Shown: in pieces, positions 1 to 7,447 of the stretch
Layout: each line of letters begins with the position of its first letter
Numbering within the stretch: position 1 is the stretch's first letter
NCBI GenBank assembly: GCA_036404475.1
Contig: DASWZL010000107.1
Location: forward strand, 2,066-66,065
Source of the DNA: Thermoplasmata archaeon
GTDB taxonomy: Archaea > Thermoplasmatota > Thermoplasmata > Lutacidiplasmatales > UBA184
Reading direction: 5' to 3'
DNA length: 64,000 bases
Notes under the pieces: model-generated
The model's database searches: none
Seen by the model: the letters and a program-made list of their open reading frames with translations, nothing else
Told to the model about the DNA's origin: nothing
Made by a program: the position numbers and the translations under genes

Positions 1-856
1 CGGACCGGGAATTCGAACGACGGTGTTTCTCAAGGGTTGTCCCCTACACTGTTGGTGGTGTCATAATCCCGAGAGTCAACGACCCGAGCCGGAAGTGATC
101 TACTTTGAAGAACGCTGTATTCGATTCGGTGACTGCGTTCGCGCGTGCCCCCACGGCGCGCTTCATCTGGACGAGCAACGACTCATCCACGACCCCCGTC
201 TGTGCCAGCACTGCGCGGAATGCGTGAGCGCCTGCTCGGCCTCAGCCCGCCAGCTGGCCGGCCGCTGGATGACCGTATCGGATGTGGTAGCCGAGGTCTC
301 GAAGGACCAGGTCTTCTTCGATGAGTCCGGAGGTGGCGTTACCGTCTCCGGCGGCGAGCCCCTGATGCAGGTGGCCTTCGTGGAATCGCTGCTCGCCGCC
401 TGCCGGGCCCGACGGATCCGGACCGTTCTCGACACCTGCGGATGGGCCGATCCAAACGCCCTGCTCCGAGTCAGCGAGAACGTGGACCTGTTCTTCTACG
501 ACCTGAAGTTGATGGATAGCGAACGACACCGGCACTTCACCGGTGTGAAGAACGACGTGATCCTGCGGAACCTGGAGATGCTGGCCGAGCGCGGAAGCGC
601 GGTGGTCGTCCGCGTTCCCGTCATCCCCGGAGTGAACGACGATAATGACAACATGGAGGACCTATCTGAGTTCCTCATCCGATTGGGCCTTCGAGAGATC
701 GATCTTCTCCCCTACCACCGATTTGGAAGTGACAAGTATCGCAGATTGCACCTACCCTACAGGATGGAAGGGGTGGCCCCGCCTACGGACAGGCAGATGG
801 AAGCCCTTGCGGCAGGTCTGAGGCGGGACGGGTTCACCGTGCGAATCGGGAGCTGA
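1..856 (+). CDS. glycyl-radical enzyme activating protein (radical SAM); 5' end probably outside the window
   Basis: CPLHCWWCHNPES is the CxxxCxxC radical-SAM cluster motif. Two ferredoxin-like Cys clusters are present (CIRFGDCVRACPHG, CQHCAECVSAC), plus a GGEPL SAM-binding motif. The stop lies 1 nt before the GRE start. Confidence 0.9.
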   Translation, partial: GPGIRTTVFLKGCPLHCWWCHNPESQRPEPEVIYFEERCIRFGDCVRACPHGALHLDEQRLIHDPRLCQHCAECVSACSASARQLAGRWMTVSDVVAEVSKDQVFFDESGGGVTVSGGEPLMQVAFVESLLAACRARRIRTVLDTCGWADPNALLRVSENVDLFFYDLKLMDSERHRHFTGVKNDVILRNLEMLAERGSAVVVRVPVIPGVNDDNDNMEDLSEFLIRLGLREIDLLPYHRFGSDKYRRLHLPYRMEGVAPPTDRQMEALAAGLRRDGFTVRIGS

Positions 857-857
857 T

Positions 858-3245
858 ATGAACGAACGCGTGACCCGCCTGAGGCAAGCGACACTCGACA
901 CACGACCTCGGGTTTCCATCGAGCGGGCGGCACTCATCACCGAGTTCTACCGTCAGGACAAGACCGTCTCCGTTCCCATCCGCCGTGCTCTCGCTCTTCA
1001 GTACCTGACGGAGAACGAGGAGATCTACATCGGAAGGGACGATTTGATCGTCGGCGAGCGCGGGCCCGAGCCCAAGGCGGCCCCCACCTTCCCGGAGCTG
1101 TGCTGCCATAGCCTCGACGACTTTGAGATCTTGAACTCGCGGGAGAAGATCCCGTATCTCGTGGACGACCATGCTCGACAGGTCCAGAAGAACGAGGTGA
1201 TCCCCTATTGGCAGGGTCGGTCGATGCGCGACCTGATCTTTGCGGAGATGACCCCGGAATGGAAGAATGCGTACGAGGCGGGCCTCTTCACCGAGTTCAT
1301 GGAACAACGCGCCCCCGGTCACACCGTGTTGGGGGACGTCATCTATCGCAAGGGCCTGTTGGACCTGAAGGCCGATGTCGCCGACGCCTTGTCCCACCTA
1401 GACTGTTTCAACGACCCCGAAGCGTCCGCGAAGAGGGACGAACTGCGGGCCATGGCGATCGCGGCGGACGCGATGATCCGATTTGCGGAACGTCACGCCG
1501 AAAAGGCGGAGGAAATGGCCCAGGCGGAGACCGAGCCGGGCCGTCGGACGGAATTGCGCAGGATCGCCGAGGTGTGTCGCCGCGTACCGGCCCACCCTCC
1601 GCGGGATTTCTGGGAAGCGGTACAGGCCTATTGGTTCACTCACCTCGGCGTAGTGACCGAGTTGAACACCTGGGATTCCTTCTGCCCGGGGCGCCTCGAC
1701 CAGCATCTCGACTCCTTCTATCGAAAGGGCGTGGAAGAAGGCACGTTGACCCGAGACAAGGCCAAGGAGCTGCTCGAATGCCTCTGGGTCAAGTTCAACA
1801 ATCAGCCCGCTCCCCCCAAGGTCGGTGTGACCAACGAGGAGAGCGGCACGTACACGGATTTCGCCAACATCAATAATGGGGGATTGACGCGCGACGGGTC
1901 GGACGGAGTGAACGACGTCACCTATCTGATCCTGGACGTCATTGACGAGATGCACCTGTTACAACCCTCCTCGAACCTCCAGCTGAGCCGGAAGAATCCG
2001 GATGCGTTCCTGAAGCGCGGACTGGAGATCGTGCGCCAGGGCTGGGGCCAGCCGTCGGTCTTCAACGCCGACATGGTTGTTGAGGAGCTGCTGCGCCAAG
2101 GAAAGTCGGTAGAGGACGCGCGGTGCGGCGGAACCTCGGGGTGTGTCGAGGCCGGGGCGTTCGGAAAAGAGGCCTACATCCTGACGGGATATTTCAATCT
2201 CCCCAAGGTGCTGGAGGTCACCCTGAACAACGGAGTGGACCCGCGCACCGGCAAGAAGATCGGGATCGAGACCGGGGTCGCGCGCTCGTTCTCGTCCTAC
2301 GATCAGTTGTTTTCCGCGTTCCGCCAGCAGCTCCACTATTTCGCCGATGTCAAGGTGCGGGGCAACCAGGTGATCGAGCGGCTGTTCGCGGACTACATGC
2401 CGGCCCCGTTCCTCTCCCTGCTCGTCGACGACTGTATCGCGAAGGGCAAGGACTACAACGACGGCGGCCCGCGGTACAACACTACCTACATCATGGGAGT
2501 GGCGCCGGGGACGTGCACCGACAGTCTCGCCGCGGTCAAGTACCACGTCTTCGACCGCAAGACCGTGACCATGGGAGAGTTGCTGGAAACGTTGGCCCGC
2601 AACTTCGAGGGTCAAGAGAAGTTGCGCCTGCGGTTATGGAACAAGACGCCGAAGTTCGGGAACGACGATGACTACGCGGATGCCATCCTGGTGGACCTGT
2701 TCAACGCCTTCTTCGACGAAGTGGATGGGCGGAAGAACACGAAGGGGGGACACTACCGGGTGAACTACCTATCAACGACTTGTCACGTCTACTTTGGTTC
2801 GGTGACCGGGGCCACCGCGGACGGACGCCGTGCCGGGGAACCTCTTTCGGACGGCATCTCGCCCGTTCAGGGCGCGGACCGCAATGGACCCACCGCCGTC
2901 GTCAAATCCGCGGCCAAGATGGATCATGCGCGTACCGGAGGAACCCTGCTGAACCAGAAGTTCACGCCCCAGGTACTGAAAGGGGAGGAGGGACTCGGCA
3001 AGGTGGCGGAGCTGGTCCGCTCCTACTTCCGCTTGGGCGGACATCACATCCAGTTCAACGTCGTCACCGCGGCCACCCTGCGCGCCGCGCAAGCGGACCC
3101 CGACAAGTACCGCGACCTGATCGTGCGCGTCGCCGGCTATAGCGATTATTTCTGTGACCTGACCCGCGCCTTGCAGGAAGACATCATCGCGCGCACCGAG
3201 CACGAAGCCTTCGTGACTGCCCTGCCCGAGACGGCCCCGGTCTGA
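858..3245 (+). CDS. glycyl radical enzyme, PFL2/dehydratase-lyase class (substrate unknown)
   Basis: 795 aa. C-terminal glycyl-radical fingerprint RVAGYSDYF. Single-Cys thiyl loop GGTSGCVEAG (Cys-x-Glu, not the Cys-Cys of true PFL). Sits immediately after its activase. Confidence 0.9.
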   Translation: MNERVTRLRQATLDTRPRVSIERAALITEFYRQDKTVSVPIRRALALQYLTENEEIYIGRDDLIVGERGPEPKAAPTFPELCCHSLDDFEILNSREKIPYLVDDHARQVQKNEVIPYWQGRSMRDLIFAEMTPEWKNAYEAGLFTEFMEQRAPGHTVLGDVIYRKGLLDLKADVADALSHLDCFNDPEASAKRDELRAMAIAADAMIRFAERHAEKAEEMAQAETEPGRRTELRRIAEVCRRVPAHPPRDFWEAVQAYWFTHLGVVTELNTWDSFCPGRLDQHLDSFYRKGVEEGTLTRDKAKELLECLWVKFNNQPAPPKVGVTNEESGTYTDFANINNGGLTRDGSDGVNDVTYLILDVIDEMHLLQPSSNLQLSRKNPDAFLKRGLEIVRQGWGQPSVFNADMVVEELLRQGKSVEDARCGGTSGCVEAGAFGKEAYILTGYFNLPKVLEVTLNNGVDPRTGKKIGIETGVARSFSSYDQLFSAFRQQLHYFADVKVRGNQVIERLFADYMPAPFLSLLVDDCIAKGKDYNDGGPRYNTTYIMGVAPGTCTDSLAAVKYHVFDRKTVTMGELLETLARNFEGQEKLRLRLWNKTPKFGNDDDYADAILVDLFNAFFDEVDGRKNTKGGHYRVNYLSTTCHVYFGSVTGATADGRRAGEPLSDGISPVQGADRNGPTAVVKSAAKMDHARTGGTLLNQKFTPQVLKGEEGLGKVAELVRSYFRLGGHHIQFNVVTAATLRAAQADPDKYRDLIVRVAGYSDYFCDLTRALQEDIIARTEHEAFVTALPETAPV

Positions 3246-3358
3246 GGAGTCTCGCTCGCGCCGGTCCCAAACGCAGGGCCCCAATCTCGGATCGTTCGAC
3301 CCGTCAGCTCGCTCCGTGGGTGATTTATTGGGGGAGGTCGTGGGCGGCCGATTCTGGC

Positions 3359-4789
3359 ATGGCCGGCACGACCTCCTCACCGCGTTGGATCCTCTTCATC
3401 GTCATCCTTGGGACCCTGATGGCCTCGGTGGACACTACCATCGTGCTCCTGGCATTTCCCACGATCGCCGGAGAGCTGCACGCGGGTCTGTCGACGGTCC
3501 TCTGGACGATTCTGATCTACCTGCTGCTGGTGTCGATCCTGACCACCCAGGCGGGCCGCATCAGCGACCTGTTCGGGCACGGCCGTCTCTACAACGCGGG
3601 GTTTGTGATCTTCACGGTGGGCTCGGCCCTCTGTGGCTTCGCCCCCACGGCGACCAGCCTCGTCGCGTTCCGCGGAATCCAGGCGGTCGGTGGCGCCTTC
3701 ATGGTCGCTACCGGAACGGCCATCCTCGCCGACAACTTCCCCCCCGCGGTCCGGGGCCGGGTCTTCGGTTTCACCGCGATGGGATGGAACGTCGGAGCCA
3801 CGCTCGGGATCGTCCTCGGGGGTGTACTGACGACCTTCGTCGGCTGGCGCTACATCTTCTTCATCAACGTTCCCATCGGAATCATCGCCGTTTCCCTGGG
3901 CTACCGGTACCTCGGCGTGGGGAACCGCACGAAGGCGCGCCTGGACATCGCCGGGATGCTCCTGCTCGCCGCCGTGCTGGGGCTGATCGTCTACGGAGCC
4001 ACCGACTTCGCCTCCTACGGCGCCTCGGTGTGGAACCTGAGCCTCATCGCGCTCGGCGCGGTGATGGCCGTACCGTTCTTCTGGTGGGAACGGCGCGCCA
4101 TCAGTCCGACCATCAACCTGGTGCTGTTCCGTTCCCGGCTGCTCTCGCGATCCCTCGCGGCGTCGTTCCTCCAAAGTCTGGGGTATCTCGCCACGGTCTT
4201 CCTGCTGATCATGTACCTTCAGGGGATCCGGGCCCTCACGCCGCTCGACGCGTCGTTACTCCTCGTTCCGGGATACGTCCTCTCCTCGGGCCTCGCGCCG
4301 ATCGCGGGCCGATGGGCCGATCGCTGGGGACCCGCGCGCCTGGCGACGCTCGGAATCGCGTTCATGCTCGTGGGCGTCCTGCTGTACGCCCAGATGGGGC
4401 TGACGACCCCGATCCTGGACGTGGCGCTCATCTCCCTGGTCACGGGGATTGGCGGTGCGTTGTTCTGGCCCTCGAACAACAAGGCCGTGATGCACGACGT
4501 GCCGCCGGGGTACTACGGGTCCGTGTCGGGACTCCTTCGTACCCTGTCCAACTTGGGGACCATCGGCAGCTATACCCTCGTAATCACCGTCGCCTCGTTG
4601 GCGATTCCCCGGGCCGTGGCGTTCGAAGTGTTCGTGGGCGGCCGAGGGGTGATCGGCTCCGTATCGACCGAGTTCCTCACCGCCATCCACGCGGCATTCT
4701 ACGTCATGGCCGTGGTCCTAGTGGTAGCCGCCGTGCTCTCGGCGACCCGCCAGGGCCGTGACGACGTCGCCGACGCGATTCGGTCCTGA
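3359..4789 (+). CDS. MFS transporter, DHA2/EmrB-like (about 14 TM)
   Basis: Hydrophobic repeat pattern with LMASVDTTIVLLAFPTI and GRISDLFGHGR motifs typical of the drug:H+ antiporter-2 family. ATG at 3359 chosen; GTG at 3320 is also possible. Confidence 0.8.
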   Translation: MAGTTSSPRWILFIVILGTLMASVDTTIVLLAFPTIAGELHAGLSTVLWTILIYLLLVSILTTQAGRISDLFGHGRLYNAGFVIFTVGSALCGFAPTATSLVAFRGIQAVGGAFMVATGTAILADNFPPAVRGRVFGFTAMGWNVGATLGIVLGGVLTTFVGWRYIFFINVPIGIIAVSLGYRYLGVGNRTKARLDIAGMLLLAAVLGLIVYGATDFASYGASVWNLSLIALGAVMAVPFFWWERRAISPTINLVLFRSRLLSRSLAASFLQSLGYLATVFLLIMYLQGIRALTPLDASLLLVPGYVLSSGLAPIAGRWADRWGPARLATLGIAFMLVGVLLYAQMGLTTPILDVALISLVTGIGGALFWPSNNKAVMHDVPPGYYGSVSGLLRTLSNLGTIGSYTLVITVASLAIPRAVAFEVFVGGRGVIGSVSTEFLTAIHAAFYVMAVVLVVAAVLSATRQGRDDVADAIRS

Positions 4790-4984
4790 GGACAACGACC
4801 CTTGGGGGTACCAGTTCAGCTCGAGCTTCCGACGCGAGCGGGGGTCCACCAGGAGTACCCAGATGCCCCCGCCCCAGCTTCGCGTGTCACCCCGACGGAC
4901 CTCCCGGAGACCTAACGCCTTGGTGTAGAAGCGAAGCGACCGCTGAAGATGGGTTACCCTCAGTCCGACGTTCTCGAATCGCAT
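4718..4984 (-). pseudogene. truncated VOC/glyoxalase-family ORF
   Basis: MRFENVGLRVTHLQRSLRFYTKALGLREV...LELNWYPQG matches one beta-alpha-beta-beta-beta VOC module. Similarity then stops and the ORF tail overlaps the MFS 3' end by 72 nt. Confidence 0.35.
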
Positions 4985-5090
4985 GACGCCCCGAGGGGAT
5001 GGGGAGCCTATTCCCCTGACGCGACGGCGCGGAAACGCGAGGCGGTCGGAACGGAACTGGACGCGACGCTCGCTTCCACGACCCGACCGA

Positions 5091-5537
5091 CTACGGGGCG
5101 GGAGCCGCCGGGACGTCGCCGGGTTCGGTTTCCTTCTCGAACTCGTGGTCTTCCCACATGTCGTAGGCGATCGCGACCGCGGCCAGCTGCGTGATGATCG
5201 CGAGGGCGTTCGCGACGTGGAGGAGGAGGAGGACGCGGTACACGGAGACGTTCGCGACCGGCACGACCCAGTCGCTGCCAACGTTGAACCACAGGAGGAG
5301 GCCCAGAACGGCCATGACGACGGAGAGGCTCCACGAGGCCTTCGCGACCCGCTTGACCCGTCCGGGAACTCGGGTCTTTCGGAGCTGGTCGAAGCAGTAG
5401 TACGTGATCAGGATGATCGCGAAACCCAGGGCCAGGTGGAAGTAGGGAACCACGGCGGGTGGGTCCGGCCACATCCCGAGGAGGAACTCGAGGAACACGA
5501 CCCAGATGACCAGGTAGAGCGCCGACCAGAGCTTCAT
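5091..5537 (-). CDS. hypothetical 4-TM membrane protein
   Basis: 148 aa with four clear hydrophobic helices and conserved-looking His residues in helices (YFHLALG, LLLHVANA). No recognisable family. Confidence 0.6.
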   Translation of the reverse strand: MKLWSALYLVIWVVFLEFLLGMWPDPPAVVPYFHLALGFAIILITYYCFDQLRKTRVPGRVKRVAKASWSLSVVMAVLGLLLWFNVGSDWVVPVANVSVYRVLLLLHVANALAIITQLAAVAIAYDMWEDHEFEKETEPGDVPAAPAP

Positions 5538-5560
5538 CCACCGATCCCTTGAGTTTGGGA

Positions 5561-5588
5561 GAGGGAACGTTCCCTCCCGGGGGAGGGA
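5561..5588. promoter_or_regulatory. overlapping perfect palindrome/hairpins GAGGGAACGTTCCCTC and TCCCTCC-cggg-GGAGGGA
   Basis: Read directly from the sequence. Lies 24-50 nt upstream of the minus-strand start at 5537. Confidence 0.35.
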
Positions 5589-5701
5589 GACCTCCGTGAG
5601 GGATTAAGAGACCTCGGTCAGCTCGTCTCCATACACGCCCCCCGCCGCGCGCCCACGAGAGGGCGCCCGGGAAGCAACGGTCGGAGCCACTTCCGCGGGG
5701 A

Positions 5702-6352
5702 CTATCCGATCGGAAAGCCGTCGAGGAATCCCCACCAGCCTTCGAGCGAATCCCGAAGGCCTCGCTCCGCGTCGCGGCCCGCGGCCGGGTCCCCCCGGAG
5801 GTAGCCCCTCAGCAACCGGCGCTCCGCCGCCGAGTGTTCCACGTCCGCGAGGGTGTGCACGCGGAAGAACTCATGCGCCGGCTTCGACCGAATTCCGTAG
5901 TGGGCACGCAGACCGCGCGATTTCTCGGCGGCGACCTCGGAGAACTGAGACTCGTACGCGTAGAGAGCCCCCAGAGCGGCGGTTGCGCTCCCTCCGAGGG
6001 CGTGTTTGTCGTACGCGGCCAGGAGGCGCCTCGTCGGCCCCGTCGGCCTCGGGGGAGGGACGCGGGCTCCGATCGCCCGGGCGAAGTCCAGCCAGAGCTC
6101 GGGGTGGGTAGGCGACCGCCCCTCCTCATCCACGAGGTTCTCCAATAGGACCCGCCGGTCCCTCGGGTTCGCGATCCGGGAGTAGGCCCCCGCCACGTAA
6201 CGGGGGAAATTGACCTCGAAATGGTAGTACTGACCCGCGTACTCCCGCAACGTCTCGATCGGGAGTTCTCCCCTGGACCATGCCGTGTAGAACGGATGTC
6301 GCAGCAAGTGCCGTCGGCGGACGAGTTTGTCGAGGTCACGGGTCGTCGTCAT
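5702..6352 (-). CDS. CADD/PqqC-like heme-oxygenase-fold (di-iron) protein
   Basis: HPFYTAWSRGELPIETLREYAGQYYHFEVNFPRYV and LLENLVDEEG..PTHPELWLDFA match the PqqC/CADD (COG5424-type) family pattern. Confidence 0.75.
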   Translation of the reverse strand: MTTTRDLDKLVRRRHLLRHPFYTAWSRGELPIETLREYAGQYYHFEVNFPRYVAGAYSRIANPRDRRVLLENLVDEEGRSPTHPELWLDFARAIGARVPPPRPTGPTRRLLAAYDKHALGGSATAALGALYAYESQFSEVAAEKSRGLRAHYGIRSKPAHEFFRVHTLADVEHSAAERRLLRGYLRGDPAAGRDAERGLRDSLEGWWGFLDGFPIG

Positions 6353-6637
6353 CGAGAACGGAAGTCAGAGGGGGGATTCGTAACTTTCGGTCGGGTCAAA
6401 GGGGTTCGGAGGACCACCTTGTGGCGCTCTGGGGAGGTCGCCGGGTCCATGTTTTCTGTGCCGCACGTGTGCGGGAAGGATATTCTTCATCGACTCCGGC
6501 CCGTGCTGACGGGGAGCCTATCGGGCACGTCCCTCCCCGCGGCCGCTCATTCTCCCGTGCGAGGAAGCTCCGGACCGGAAGGTCGGTCGGGGCATCCTCC
6601 CCAAATAGCCAGCCCCGGTGGCTCGCCCCGGATTCGG

Positions 6638-7417
6638 ATGGCGGCCGACAACGTGAGCCGGGATTTCGACACGCTGTCGGCGGTCTACGACGAGACACGC
6701 CAACCGCTCGACCCAGCGACGATCCGGAGCCTCCATGACTATCTTGAGGAGCATCGCTGGGGGGCGATCCTCGAGGTGGGTGTCGGAACCGGCCGGGTCG
6801 CCCGTCCGCTCGTCGACCGGGGCTTCCGGGTAGTTGGGGTGGACGCCTCCCGCGGAATGCTCGGACGTGCGGCGGCAAAGGGTCTCCCGTACCTTGTGCG
6901 GGGGAACGCCTACCACCTTCCGTTCCCGGACGGTTCGTTCGACGCGGCCCTCTTCGTCCACGTCCTTCACATACTGGACCGGCCCGAGCTCGGCCTTCGC
7001 GAAGCCGCCCGGGTGGGCCGGCATGGCGTACTCGCGATCCTGGACCTCCCCCCGAAGGGAGAGGGTACCGACCGGCCTCCGGAGGAGGAACCTCGTCGAA
7101 TCGTTCGAGAGATTCTAGCCGAGGCGGGCTACCCTGACCTCCTTCGTCCAGGGCCCCGCGCGAAAGAACAGGAGATTCTTCGGACCTATCCGCCCACGGA
7201 GCTACGGGTGCTGAGCGACCGAGAGGTCTCCGAGCCGCTTTCGAGGCGGCTCGACGCGCTCGAGAAGCGAGCGTACCGCCACGTCCTTCGGGTCCCCGCC
7301 GACGTCCTCGCGCGGGCTGTCGCGGCGGCGCGCGCGCGGGTAGGGGCTCGTACGGTCACCTACCGACGGACGGAGGCGCTCGCCTGGTGGGCCGGCGCGC
7401 CGGGTTCCCCGGCTTAG
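6638..7417 (+). CDS. class I SAM-dependent methyltransferase
   Basis: Motif I ILEVGVGTGR, then VVGVDAS and the acidic loop FDAALFVHVLH. The upstream part of track ORF 6221.. is low-complexity and was rejected. Confidence 0.85.
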   Translation: MAADNVSRDFDTLSAVYDETRQPLDPATIRSLHDYLEEHRWGAILEVGVGTGRVARPLVDRGFRVVGVDASRGMLGRAAAKGLPYLVRGNAYHLPFPDGSFDAALFVHVLHILDRPELGLREAARVGRHGVLAILDLPPKGEGTDRPPEEEPRRIVREILAEAGYPDLLRPGPRAKEQEILRTYPPTELRVLSDREVSEPLSRRLDALEKRAYRHVLRVPADVLARAVAAARARVGARTVTYRRTEALAWWAGAPGSPA

Positions 7418-7447
7418 CCGCGCTAACGGGTCCCGAACGGTCGCGAA

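Noticed and set aside
6221-6637. N-terminal 139-codon extension of the methyltransferase ORF
   Set aside because: No methyltransferase homology and odd composition, and it overlaps the divergent promoter region of the CADD-like gene. The ATG at 6638 begins the conserved domain.
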